From positions 5,516 to 69,515 of the forward strand of contig JBAQUG010000497.1 of the NCBI GenBank assembly GCA_049297395.1: a stretch of DNA of 64,000 nucleotides, given 5' to 3'. Below the pieces are notes generated by a model, which did no database searches, had not been told where the DNA came from, and saw only the letters and a list, made by a program, of their open reading frames with translations. Both the position numbers and the translations under genes were made by a program. This document shows positions 9,375 to 19,000 of this stretch, in pieces. This DNA is from Victivallales bacterium (GTDB lineage: Bacteria > Verrucomicrobiota > Lentisphaeria > Victivallales > GWF2-50-93). How positions within the stretch are numbered: position 1 is the stretch's first letter; each line of letters starts with the position of its first letter.

Positions 9375-11732
9375 ATGAAAAAAATGATTGAGAAAAATGT
9401 TTCTTGTCCGGCAGAAATGCCAGCCTCCTACAACGTCGTGTTTGAAAGTCCGTCGGTGGACTCTCTCGACTCGATGCCCCTGTCCGGCCGTCTTGGCGCG
9501 GGGGCGAACGTGTGGGTGCAGGACGGCTCGATCTGGATTTACCTGGCCCACAGCGGAGCCTACGACGAGCAGGGGCGTCTTCTGAAACTCGGCTGCCTGC
9601 GCGTCACGCCCGAGGACAAGTCGTTTGCAGACGCGGAAAATTTCCGGCAGGAACTGGATTTGGCGACCGGAGCGATCCGCATCCATGCCGGTGATTTCAA
9701 GGCGGAACTATGGTTCGCCGGGGAGACGCTGATCCTCGAATCAGCGTCAGAGAAAGCCCTCGCCTTGGACATCGCATTCGGCACCTGGCGCGACCGCAGG
9801 CGCGACGGTCTTCTGCTCGACATGAATGGTGTCCAGAGCATGCAGGCCGACCAGGTGACCGCGGATTCTTCCGGCTTTTTCTTCTTCCACCGCAACGCAG
9901 ACTTTTCCGTCGATGTGACTGCCAAGGCGAAAGAACAGGGAATTCCCGCCGAGTCTGCGCTCGATGCCACCTCGCACCGTGTTTGCGGCGGCGCCGTGGC
10001 CGTTGGCGGCGGCCTTTCCAGACCGGTGGAATCCACCGTGCAATGGCAGCACTGGAGCGGCAAAGCCTGGACCGGGCGCACCTCCGTGCGTCCGACGCAT
10101 GTGATTGCGATACGGCTTGGCGCGAAAATCGATGCCGATCCCCGGCAGTGGTGCGCCGATGCGAAGTCCGCACTCGCCACGGACGCCCGTAAATCAGCCA
10201 GGTCCGGAGAGCTGGAACTCTGGACCGAATTCTGGTCTCGCTCGCACGTTATCGTCAACCCGGAGGCGAAAGCTGACGATCCCGGCTTCCTCATCGGCCG
10301 AAACTACCAGCTCTTCCGTTATATGCTCGCCTGCAACCGCGGCGGCGAGCTGCCGCTGCTGTTCAACGGAGGCATCTTCACCACGGACAACAGGCCGGGG
10401 CGGATCAATGGCAATAACAACGATGAGCTTCCCATTGCCAGGGAAGGCGACAGCACCCCGGATTTCCGCCGCTGGATGTTCTGTTCCTTCATGTCGCAGA
10501 ACCAGCGCTGGCTCGGCTGGCCGGCGCTTGCCAACGGCGATGCTGATCTGCTCTTGCCGTCATTGGCATTTTACCGCGACCGTTCCGCCACCGCCGCCGC
10601 ACGTGCGAAAACCAATGGAGCGGAAGGGGTGGTCTATCCGGAGCCTCTTGATGTCTGGGGTCTCTGCTGCGTGTCCCCTCAGCCCGACGGCCTCTGCGGC
10701 GCCAGGCATCTGACCTACCATTTCTCCATGATGCTCGAGCACGCCTGGATGGCCCTGCAGGCGCACGACGCCCTTGGCATCCCGCTCACGCAGGATCTTT
10801 CATGGATTGAAGGCACGGTTTTATTCTACGACAGCTTCTACCGCGCTTCCTGTAAAAAACGTACTGGCAGGGAAACCGGAGATGACGGCAAGCTGGTGAT
10901 TTACCCTGCCTGCGGTCTTGAATACGCCGGCGGAGCCACGAATCCGATCGAGGTTGTGGCTGGACTGAAACGCGTCACAGCCGGCCTGCTGGCCCTGCCG
11001 GATCTCTCCGCAACTTCACGCTCCCGCCTGCAGCAGATCCAACCTAGACTGCCTGAGCTTCCATCCGGCATGCGCCAGGGGCGTCCCTCCCTGCTGGCCG
11101 CCAAATCCTTCGAACTCGAATACAACAAATGGGAGCCTATAGAAATGTATGCCGCCTGGCCGTACCGCCTGGTTGGCATCACCCAGCCTGAAACCCTGCA
11201 GCTGGCCCGCGACACTTGGGAGACCGTGCCCGCCGACCGCGCCCGCCTGTGCACGCAGGACTACTCGTGGATGGCCAATGTTGTGAACATGGCGGTGCTC
11301 GCCTGGCCGGATGAAGCGAAGAAGCGCGCCATCTACAAGATGGCAAACAACAGCTCCCCGCAGGCCCGGTTCCCCGCTTTCTTCGGTCCAGGCCACGACT
11401 GGCTGCCCGACCACAACTGGGGCGGTTCCGGCATGACCGGCATCCAGGAAATGCTGCTGGCCCCCGAACCCGGCTCCAACGGAAAACTCCATCTCTTCGC
11501 CGGCTGGCCGCAGGAATGGGACGTTGACTTTAAGCTGCATGCGCCAGGCCAGACGATTGTCGAGGGCGTGCTGCACAGCGGCAGACTGGTGTCATTGAAA
11601 GTGACTCCGGCCTCCCGCGCCAATGATATCGTCAACTGGCTTGGTAAAAGCCCGGCCTATCAGCCGGGATCCGACGGTGATGGAGGCATGGGAAAGGACC
11701 ATAAAAAATCCGATGCCAGTCCAATGTCTTAA
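9375..11732 (+). CDS. Putative (alpha/alpha)6-barrel glycoside hydrolase, GH95-like (DUF5703_N-type N-terminus); no signal peptide
   Basis: The N-terminal SMPLSGRLGAGANVWVQDGSIWIYL and the central IGRNYQLFRYMLACNRGGELPLLFNGGIFT resemble GH95-type blocks (..LFQYGRYLLISSSR..NLQGIW). The assignment is from memory only. Confidence 0.5.
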   Translation: MKKMIEKNVSCPAEMPASYNVVFESPSVDSLDSMPLSGRLGAGANVWVQDGSIWIYLAHSGAYDEQGRLLKLGCLRVTPEDKSFADAENFRQELDLATGAIRIHAGDFKAELWFAGETLILESASEKALALDIAFGTWRDRRRDGLLLDMNGVQSMQADQVTADSSGFFFFHRNADFSVDVTAKAKEQGIPAESALDATSHRVCGGAVAVGGGLSRPVESTVQWQHWSGKAWTGRTSVRPTHVIAIRLGAKIDADPRQWCADAKSALATDARKSARSGELELWTEFWSRSHVIVNPEAKADDPGFLIGRNYQLFRYMLACNRGGELPLLFNGGIFTTDNRPGRINGNNNDELPIAREGDSTPDFRRWMFCSFMSQNQRWLGWPALANGDADLLLPSLAFYRDRSATAAARAKTNGAEGVVYPEPLDVWGLCCVSPQPDGLCGARHLTYHFSMMLEHAWMALQAHDALGIPLTQDLSWIEGTVLFYDSFYRASCKKRTGRETGDDGKLVIYPACGLEYAGGATNPIEVVAGLKRVTAGLLALPDLSATSRSRLQQIQPRLPELPSGMRQGRPSLLAAKSFELEYNKWEPIEMYAAWPYRLVGITQPETLQLARDTWETVPADRARLCTQDYSWMANVVNMAVLAWPDEAKKRAIYKMANNSSPQARFPAFFGPGHDWLPDHNWGGSGMTGIQEMLLAPEPGSNGKLHLFAGWPQEWDVDFKLHAPGQTIVEGVLHSGRLVSLKVTPASRANDIVNWLGKSPAYQPGSDGDGGMGKDHKKSDASPMS

Positions 11733-11838
11733 GCGTATGCAAATTTTTCCGGACGTTTGGAATTTATTGGGGCATTAAAAATTACGGCTCTTTGGCCGCC
11801 TATTTCAATCGTATAGGAAATTTATTTTAGTGTTCAAG

Positions 11839-11864
11839 GTAGGGACGGCTCTCCGTAGCCGTCC
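11839..11864 (+). repeat. GTAG-headed hairpin (REP-like): GTAG-GGACGGC-tctccgta-GCCGTCC
   Basis: Read directly. The format (GTAG followed by a 7-bp palindrome) matches the REPs at 13797, 62573 and 63890. Confidence 0.5.
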
Positions 11865-12100
11865 GTTCTTAGGCGGCGCGTTACTGAGAAAGCGCCCTGC
11901 CTTTAACGCTTCGCGTCAAATAATTCCCGGCAAAGCCGGTTAAGTCAAGGTCGGTTGGTATGGGATAATTCCGGTTACAGGAACGGCTAATTCCCTCTTC
12001 CTGATCGCGGTAATCCCAGCCAAGCCGACTGCACGAGTTTTATTGATGAGCGACCTGTCCCCGGTAGTCTTGGCGGAGCGGGAAGCGAATCCGTTGGAGT

Positions 12101-12134
12101 GCGCAGACGGAATTCCATGCAGTCTGCGCTTTTT
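12101..12134 (+). terminator. Rho-independent terminator, + strand
   Basis: GCGCAGAC (12101-12108) pairs with GTCTGCGC (12122-12129). The stem is a perfect 8 bp with a 13-nt loop, followed by TTTTT (12130-12134). Confidence 0.7.
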
Positions 12135-12149
12135 GACCACGCATGGCTG

Positions 12150-12184
12150 AAAAATGCAGAGCGGTGACTTTGTCACACGCACTC
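12150..12184 (-). terminator. Rho-independent terminator, - strand (downstream of the CE7 gene)
   Basis: The minus-strand RNA is GAGUGCGUGUGAC-AAA-GUCACCGCUCU followed by GCAUUUUU. The stem is about 11 bp with one bulge and one mismatch. It ends 16 nt from the + strand terminator (back-to-back pair). Confidence 0.55.
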
Positions 12185-12311
12185 CCGGGTAAGGCCGAAG
12201 CTCCTGACATAAAAACAGAAATACAAGAGATAAGTTCTTAACAGGATTGCTGTTCCCAACCGCGAGGATCGCGGTGGGAGACCGTCGTCGGCAAATCATC
12301 CGAAAGCCAGT

Positions 12312-13772
12312 CTATTTCGCAAAGACCTTGTCCAGCCATCGCCATGCGCGTCGGTCGAACTCAGCCGACCAGTCGTGTCCGAGTCCCGGCAGGGCGACAA
12401 CTGTCTTGTCCTTGCTAGCAAGACGCTTGTAGACGGCCCATATGCTGGTGGGAGGCGACACCGGGTCAACCAAACCGGCATTGAACATTACAGGACAGCT
12501 GATATCAGGCGCGAAATTCATCGGATCATAGTATGCGATGCAGTGTCCGTCGACATCATCCGGCGCAGGAGGCGCGCCTCTGAGATCCATGCCGTCTGAT
12601 TTCGTCCTGTCCTTGAATTTCGGATCCCATGGCTTGTCCCATGGCTCGTCAAGGCCGTTGCATCTGGCGACCCAGTGCAGTTCCGGATAATTCGGAGAAT
12701 TCGCGATGCAGGGCACGATGGCGCTGACCCTCTTGTCCAATCCCGCGACTACTACGCTCAGGCGTCCTCCCTGGCTTCCACCTGCGGCGGCTACGCGTTT
12801 CACATCGACATCAGGCCTGGAGCAGAGATAGTCGATGGCACGGGCGGCACGCAGATACAGATCGTGGAAATAGTTCTTCTCGATCGGTTCAAAGACGAAA
12901 TTATCGTTGTATCCCGGAATCGGTTCATATTTCGGCAGATCCACATTCTGTCCATGGACCTGGACGTCGATTGCCACATAGCCATGGCGTGCGTGCTCAA
13001 GCGGGCGCGGTCTGGCGTTGAAACCCGCTCCAGGCAGGACCAGCATGGCGGGGAAAGATCCTTTGCCGACAGGTTTTGCGAGCCACGCGTATACGCGTCC
13101 GCCGTCGGGGCCCGCGAAACTGATCTTGCACGATTCCACTTCCTCGCATTTATGTCCTTCAGGATCATAGTCGGCAGGCAGGCAAGCACTCTTGAGGTTG
13201 TATTCATCAATTTCCTTGCCCTTGAAAACTTTTACTTCATCTTCAATTTTTGCATCAAGGGGAACGGTGGCGTAGTCCGCCATTGCCTTGTCCCAGAACT
13301 TGCGGAAATCCGCCGGACGTGTTTCACGGACAGGCATTTCGGAAGCCTTCCATCCGAAGACGCATATTCCATCCAATGGACGTTTCACGTTCTTGTCCGC
13401 GCTTGGGAGCCCCGTGTCGAGCAGGACCCGCAGATCATAGAATCCCGGCTGGAGATCAGTGGTGTCGATCCGGATCTTGAAACGGTTCGGAGGAAGAGCT
13501 TCGGCCTTGCCTGAACGGAACGCCTTCTGGACCATGTTGCGGTGGAGGGTCCAGGTCATGCCGACTCCGTGCAGTCCGGCCTGGCAGATGATTTCAATTT
13601 CCTTTCCGTTATCGAAAAGCAGGTCTTCCGACTGATGGCAGTAGAAGGCGAATTCGGGTTTTTGTGGTGGCGAACATTTCTCGCCATACGGCATCGCGAG
13701 ATTGAGATTCATCGCACTGGCTCCAAAATTAAGTGTGGCAACGGCGAGTGCCGTCAATATTGCTTTATTCAT
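12312..13772 (-). CDS. Secreted carbohydrate esterase family 7-like acetyl(xylan) esterase / deacetylase with N-terminal Ig-like extension
   Basis: GGSQGG nucleophile motif (AAGGSQGGRLSVV). AXE1-like blocks: LVLPGAGFNARPRP..HGYVAIDVQVHGQ, YLRAARAIDYLCSRPDVD, and C-terminal LPGLGHDW. Signal peptide MNKAILTALAVATLNFGASA. GGGGAG Shine-Dalgarno 7 nt upstream. Confidence 0.7.
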   Translation of the reverse strand: MNKAILTALAVATLNFGASAMNLNLAMPYGEKCSPPQKPEFAFYCHQSEDLLFDNGKEIEIICQAGLHGVGMTWTLHRNMVQKAFRSGKAEALPPNRFKIRIDTTDLQPGFYDLRVLLDTGLPSADKNVKRPLDGICVFGWKASEMPVRETRPADFRKFWDKAMADYATVPLDAKIEDEVKVFKGKEIDEYNLKSACLPADYDPEGHKCEEVESCKISFAGPDGGRVYAWLAKPVGKGSFPAMLVLPGAGFNARPRPLEHARHGYVAIDVQVHGQNVDLPKYEPIPGYNDNFVFEPIEKNYFHDLYLRAARAIDYLCSRPDVDVKRVAAAGGSQGGRLSVVVAGLDKRVSAIVPCIANSPNYPELHWVARCNGLDEPWDKPWDPKFKDRTKSDGMDLRGAPPAPDDVDGHCIAYYDPMNFAPDISCPVMFNAGLVDPVSPPTSIWAVYKRLASKDKTVVALPGLGHDWSAEFDRRAWRWLDKVFAK

Positions 13773-13796
13773 GAATGTCTCCCCTTTTTATTTAAT

Positions 13797-13819
13797 GTAG
13801 CACAGGCATCCTGCCTGTG
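13797..13819 (+). repeat. REP element (GTAG + CACAGGCA-tcc-TGCCTGTG)
   Basis: atGTAGCACAGGCATCCTGCCTGTG. It has an 8-bp perfect stem. It is one of four copies of the same REP. Confidence 0.75.
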
Positions 13820-14005
13820 GCATCTATTCTCTCCTGAAACTCGAGTATTTTGTTTGTAGTAGGCGAATTTATACGCCGTTATTCTATTTCAAGAACGCGC
13901 AATTAATTGCGCTACTGCCAACAAATCCAAGACAAACTTTCTCCTTCGCAAAGTCCATGGCGGACAAGAAAGTTTGAACTTCAACTAGCTTTTTAATTTT
14001 AAGAC

Positions 14006-14028
14006 CACAGGCAAGATGCCTGTGTTAC
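14006..14028 (-). repeat. REP element, inverted partner (head variant GTAA)
   Basis: The + strand reads CACAGGCAAGATGCCTGTGTTAC, the reverse complement of the REP consensus. It forms an inverted doublet with 13797-13819, spaced about 186 nt. Confidence 0.7.
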
Positions 14029-14044
14029 ATTATGTTTTTAGAAC

Positions 14045-16063
14045 TTATTTCCCCGCCGCGCCGTCGAGGAGGAATTCGTAGTTCCGGATCCACGTCGCAG
14101 TGGCGCCAGGTTCGAGCGAGACTTTCGTGAACGGCTCGCAGGACACCTGTCCCTCGCTGAGGAACACGCCCATTCTTGAGACGATGAAATCACCGCCTAT
14201 CCGGATTCCCGCCGCCGTGCCTGGCGTAGTGATGGTGGTCGCCACGTCGCGTGCGTCAGGCGCCCAGCCTTCAAGCGGGACGAATTTGGTTTCCACCTTG
14301 TCCGCCGTAACTACTAACTTGTTACCCTCTATGGTTCCAATTTTAGAGATGTCTGCGGTGGTCTTCGGCGGGAATGTGAACGATACCGTCAATCCTTTTT
14401 CCACGGGTTTCCGGTCGAGGGACATGAAGTTGTGGGCGTACTGCTCGGCGTCGATGCGCTGTTTTCCGGTGTTGGTCAGCGTGTGCTCGATCAGCAGGAC
14501 CGGCCTGCCCGGAACAAGTATGAGTTTCTTGACGTAGCGGTAGCTCCATCCACGCGGACCGTCGGCCTCCTGGACGAACTCGATACGATCCTTTTCAGCC
14601 TTAGTGGTCCACCCGAACATCTTGATTGGCCAGTAGGTGCAATACCACAGGTGGTTGGGATGGTATGGCTTCTCGTAGAGGCCGACACCCAGCTTGATGA
14701 ACGGTTCGCCGGGCTTGGCGTCGTCGTAGGCTATCGCCTCGAACCACTCTTCGCATGGACCGCAGCATTCGCCGGAGTTGAGAGGGGAGTGGACGGCAGG
14801 GGCGTCGAGGAAGAATGTGTGTCCGTCACGTTCAAGCTTGGTAATGATTCCCGCCTGCTCGAAACGGTTGCCGCGGTAGTAGCCCTTCTCAAGGTCGGGG
14901 ATGGCTACGGTCGCGGTGACGATTCCATTGGTGATGACGGTCGAAGGCCAGTCGCCGACATGGATCTTTGTGTCCATCTCCGGCAGGGCCTCGGCCATGA
15001 ATTTAACATCTCCTGGATTGCTCATGACGAGCTGCACGGACGCATCTCCGGCACTGGGAGGAATCTCGACGACCATGCGGTTGAGGCCAACCCTCATCTC
15101 ATGTGAAAAACCTTTTGTGGAAAATACCTTCGCCGCCTCATCGTACGAGCCGTTGAGTTTCCTGCCGTCGATGTAGAACGACGTGCCCTTAGGGCATGAG
15201 AGCTTGAACTTGTACTCCTGAGCATGGAACTTCATCGGTGAGAAAATATGGCTGACCAGGAATAGGGTGTCCTCCGGTGATTTCCGGGAAATGACTGATG
15301 AACCGTCCGTTGCCGGCTTAGTCTCCGACCAGGCTATCTCTTTTTTATCCTGCAGCTGCCGGATAAGTCCAACCTCATCTTTTTTCAGGAGTGCCGCCCT
15401 GACCGCCTCAACATCGCCCGATGCAAGCTCGGCAGCGCGCCACGCGGATGCGGGAACAGGAGCAAGCGGCCACGGAATATACCCAGAGAAGACAAGCCCT
15501 TTGATGGTGTCACTGATGGCGGCCGAGAAACCGCCGCCTGTCTTTTCGGAGACACATTTGACCAGCAGTTCATTCATTCCCGTCTTGAACTCGGCGGAAA
15601 AAACGGCGGAGGCGCCAGGGGTGAGCTCTCCGGCGACAGAGCCGTTCACCCATACTTTCGCAGGCACATCCGACTGGAAGGCTATTGACGCCTTGCCGTT
15701 GGCCTGGCTTTCGATGTAGCTGACGGCAAAGAATATGCCTGGTTTTTCAGCACGTCCCTTTGCAGCGGGAACTATCTTCCTGGAATTAACTTCCTGGCAT
15801 CCGCTCCAGTAAATCATCTTTCCATCCTCTCCCTGATACCGCGTACAGAAATTGCGCAGCTTCTCAGGAGGATATTCCTTCGCCATCGCCGCAGCGGCAT
15901 CGCCTCCTTCAACTGCGAAAGGGCCTATGATGGACCAATATTTACCGATTGTCTCAACGTGTCCGGCAGGCGGGAAAGTTTCCGCAACCGCGTTCGCAAA
16001 CTGCATTGACAGCGCCAGCATGGACGCGGCCAGAAGTGCAGCACCTTTTATTCTAAGACTCAT
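14045..16063 (-). CDS. Secreted protein: N-terminal copy of the shared jelly-roll module plus a C-terminal beta-sandwich domain (mutarotase/DUF4432-like? unassigned)
   Basis: Signal peptide MSLRIKGAALLAASMLALSMQFANAVA. The module covers aa 43-190. The C-terminal EADGPRGWSYRYVKKLILVPGRPVLLIEHTLTNTGKQRIDAEQYAHNF is reminiscent of aldose-epimerase-like folds (weak). GGAGGG Shine-Dalgarno at 16072-16077. The start lies 15 nt after the A2 stop. Confidence 0.6.
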   Translation of the reverse strand: MSLRIKGAALLAASMLALSMQFANAVAETFPPAGHVETIGKYWSIIGPFAVEGGDAAAAMAKEYPPEKLRNFCTRYQGEDGKMIYWSGCQEVNSRKIVPAAKGRAEKPGIFFAVSYIESQANGKASIAFQSDVPAKVWVNGSVAGELTPGASAVFSAEFKTGMNELLVKCVSEKTGGGFSAAISDTIKGLVFSGYIPWPLAPVPASAWRAAELASGDVEAVRAALLKKDEVGLIRQLQDKKEIAWSETKPATDGSSVISRKSPEDTLFLVSHIFSPMKFHAQEYKFKLSCPKGTSFYIDGRKLNGSYDEAAKVFSTKGFSHEMRVGLNRMVVEIPPSAGDASVQLVMSNPGDVKFMAEALPEMDTKIHVGDWPSTVITNGIVTATVAIPDLEKGYYRGNRFEQAGIITKLERDGHTFFLDAPAVHSPLNSGECCGPCEEWFEAIAYDDAKPGEPFIKLGVGLYEKPYHPNHLWYCTYWPIKMFGWTTKAEKDRIEFVQEADGPRGWSYRYVKKLILVPGRPVLLIEHTLTNTGKQRIDAEQYAHNFMSLDRKPVEKGLTVSFTFPPKTTADISKIGTIEGNKLVVTADKVETKFVPLEGWAPDARDVATTITTPGTAAGIRIGGDFIVSRMGVFLSEGQVSCEPFTKVSLEPGATATWIRNYEFLLDGAAGK
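15494..15937 (-). other. Shared jelly-roll module, N-terminal copy
   Basis: WSIIGPFAVEGG...EYPPEKLRNFCTRYQGEDGKMIYW...GIFFAVSYIESQANGKASIAFQSDVPAKVWVNGS...FKTGMNELLVKCVSEKTGGGFSAAISD. The order of blocks matches the C-terminal copies. Confidence 0.6.
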
Positions 16064-16078
16064 AATTTTTCCCTCCGC

Positions 16079-19000
16079 TTATTTAATATTATTGCTGATT
16101 GAAATGTCTCCGGGATCGCTGATGTAGCAGGTGAACCAGTTGGCCACCGTGCCGCCATGGGATTTCACTATCAGGATGTTCTGGCCTTTCTTAAGATGAA
16201 CCTTTGCAGGAAGCGGACGCCACCCGTTGAAGAAGCAGCCGTCATCGGCGACAAGTTCCGGTTTCCTGTCCGTCTTGAGCTGTTCGCCGTTGAGCCAGGC
16301 ATTCGCCCACCAGTCGCAGCCGATCAGTATTTCGGCATCGCGTTCATCAGGCGAGTTTATGTATGTCACCGCGTGGCAGACCCCTCTGTCCTGGACTTTC
16401 GCGCGGTAGAGGAAGCTCAATCCCGCGTTTTCGTTCATGTGCGGAATTCCGCCGCGGACTTCGTCGCTGTATTCCCATTTGAGTTTTTTCCCGCCAACGT
16501 CGAATTCAGCTTTCATGTCGGCTTTGTCCGCAGGAATATCATTTCTGGAAACTGCTTCCTTGATAAGCTCACCCTTGGCGCCGGAGTACCACTTGGTCGG
16601 GAATGGTCCGACAGTCATCCAGTTTGGAGAAGGGATAGGATGGTATTCAGGCTGGAGCGTCACTCCATAGATCCCGAACGGACTCTGCCCCTTGATTGAA
16701 AGCAGGGCTGTGCCGGCCTTCAAACTCACGACAGGGAAAACCGTCTTCTCAGGATTTCCGGGTGTCCTGCATACGGCGATCACCGGCATGTTCACGGTTC
16801 CGAGCGAGACCATCATCGCGCATGGCTTGTCGGAGCAGTGGCCTATTGAAAGCCTGTAGCGTCCGTCCACTGGAACAGGGATGTTTGCTTCGAAAATGCC
16901 ATTTTCCGCCTTGAGGATTTTTGTGAAGAGCCATTCAGGATTATATGTCGAGGAATCAATCTTCTTAATTTTTGAAGCATCCCTGAGAGTCTTCTCAAGA
17001 TCGTCGGCAGTGAGCATCAGTGCGGCTGCTATATCCGTGCCGCCGCGGTTCTCCGTCTTCAACGCGCCGATGCCGAGACGGCGGTGGAGCTGCCCCTCGG
17101 GCCATTGCGCGAGAAGGTTGAAGACCTTGATGACCGGAGTGGATGACAGGACAGTCCGCGCCCTCCACCAGTGATGCTGTTCGGCGGCATTCCACGCGTC
17201 ATTCACAGCTGACAGGAATGCTTCGCGGTCCTTTTCTGCGACGTCGTTCTTGCGCGAGCCTGAAGATATCTCATCCGCCAGCTGCTGGCAGAATGCGATG
17301 CGGTCGCGGACGAGGGATATTTTTTCAGCGGGGACTGCGATTTCAACGCCGGCTATTGCGGCTCCGCGTTTTGTTTTGAACGCCCTTATCTGGAAAGGCT
17401 TCAGGGTCATGTTGATCTTTCCTTCAGGCGCGGCAGTCTCTTCTCCTGTTCCAAGCGAGAGGATCTTGCCACAGTCTTTCAGCTGGATGCTGACAGGGAT
17501 TTCGTATGACTCGCGGTTGACGGCGTAGAAATAGAATCCGTCATCGCATTTCTTGAACCATACGGCCACCGGATCGCGGGCCGCCTCGAAAGGAATGAAG
17601 GGCTCTTTTGGAAGCTGTTCAAACTCGGCGAGCCATTCGCGGTATTCATCGGGGCGTCCGAACGTGTAGCCCATTCCGCCCTGGCGCAAGGCGCCTGAGT
17701 CCTGTTCCGCGACCGCGCATGCGAGCTTCTCCAGGGCATTGCGCCCGGCTCCTTCAGCCGCGCCGTTGTTGCCGCTGTCAGTCCTTGTGTCCTTCAGTTC
17801 CGGAAGACCGAATGCCGAAGTGTGGACCTGCTGCTGATCCTCGAAATAGGCGTTTCCAAATCCGAAGGCGCGCTCACGGCCAAACCCGAGCGCGAATTTA
17901 TCAGGGCTTGAGAGGCTGTCGCTTACTCCGGCGTCTGCAACAAGATCGCCGTGGTCGCGGCGTCCGTACGTTCCGCTTGGATAGACCGATATGCCGGGTT
18001 CGTCTGCGAGTTTCGCAAGATCCAGCCCGATCTCCAGCAGCGCACCTTTCTCTGTTCCGAAATATGAACCGAAAGTCAGATCCATTCCCTGTGCTGCATC
18101 TCCGTAGTAGGGGAGATAGAGGACGGCTTCGGGATTTGCCTTCCTGATCCTGTCGCGGATCTGGCGGTAATAGTCCAGCATGCGGCCGTTGCGCCAGGCA
18201 ATCCACTTTGGCAGCATCTCCTTTGATGTGAGGAAATCGAAGCGCTTCTCGAAACGGTCTGGCGAACCCGCCTCTCCGGGCACCTTGATTCCGCTGTCCT
18301 TCTGGAACTGCGACATGTCCCAGTCGCCATATCCCCAGTTCAGGCTGGGAAGACCGTTCCAACCCTGCCACACCCATGACATCAGGCGCAGTGACACGCC
18401 GGAAAAAGCCGGTGTATCCGCCAGCTTGTCCGACAGTTCGCCTACGATCTTGATATATTTTCCCTGGATCGCCGGATGCAGCGGATTCCAGGTTGAACAG
18501 AACCAGCTGCCTCCACCGCCCATTGAGCTTGTGCCGAGACGGCTCCAGATGTAGAGGTCCTCCATCTTCGGATCAAGCTTGTCGACGATTTCAGCATTGA
18601 ACCAGGCCTGTCCGGAAAGGTGCAGCTCCGGGATGTACTTCATTCCGAATTTCTCGCACATGAGGGCTACGATGCGCGGAGCGTCGTACGGCTGCACGAA
18701 CCAGCCCTCCAGTTCACTTGAGTTGTATGTCAGTCCCTGGTAGATGGCCTCGGTAGGGGATACGGCGTTGAAGCCGTGGTACTGGCAGAGCCGCAGGTAG
18801 CGTTCAATGGCCAGGAAGTCTTTTGCAATCGGGGTAAGCTCCTTCGGAGGTACAGCATGCTGCAGCCAGCGCGTGGGCTCCTCCATCCAGTGGATCATAA
18901 GCCTTCCTTCGGGACGCGTTGCCGGGCCTCCGACAAGACCGTCTTCAATTTTATATACGCGGATTTTCGAGGCCGCCGCCCGCATCCCGGGATTCTTGCT

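Noticed and set aside
11804-11822. A 19-nt exact repeat, ttcaatcgtataggaaatt, shared with 33043-33061 and followed in both by (g)tatttt.
   Set aside because: It is probably not chance, but there are only two copies. One lies inside the 3' end of ORF 33028-33258 and the other is intergenic. I found no hairpin, promoter spacing or coding homology that explains it. It is too thin to call.
11940-12299. 119-aa minus-strand ORF in the convergent intergenic gap.
   Set aside because: Its composition is not protein-like. It runs through two terminator hairpins (12101-12134 and 12150-12184), and it has no Shine-Dalgarno sequence.
11733-12311. Possible tRNA, tmRNA, RNase P, SRP RNA or group II intron domain V in this gap. 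The candidates were GCGAATCC T-loop-like, AGCCAAGCCGAC SRP-like and GAGCGGTGAC..GTCACACGCACTC domain-V-like strings.
   Set aside because: No acceptor or T-arm pairing and no CCA context could be built. The conserved RNase P (GAGGAAAGUCC / ACAGAA..GGCUUA), SRP (GGAAGCAGCCAAGGCAG) and tmRNA 3'-end motifs are absent. The domain-V-like hairpin is better explained as the minus-strand terminator.
13897-13912. The perfect 16-bp palindrome GCGCAATTAATTGCGC, centred between the inverted REP pair, as evidence for one long REPIN hairpin.
   Set aside because: The sequences between each REP and the palindrome are not complementary to each other. The pair therefore does not fold into a single long hairpin. 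The palindrome may be an independent operator or hairpin, but I have no further support.
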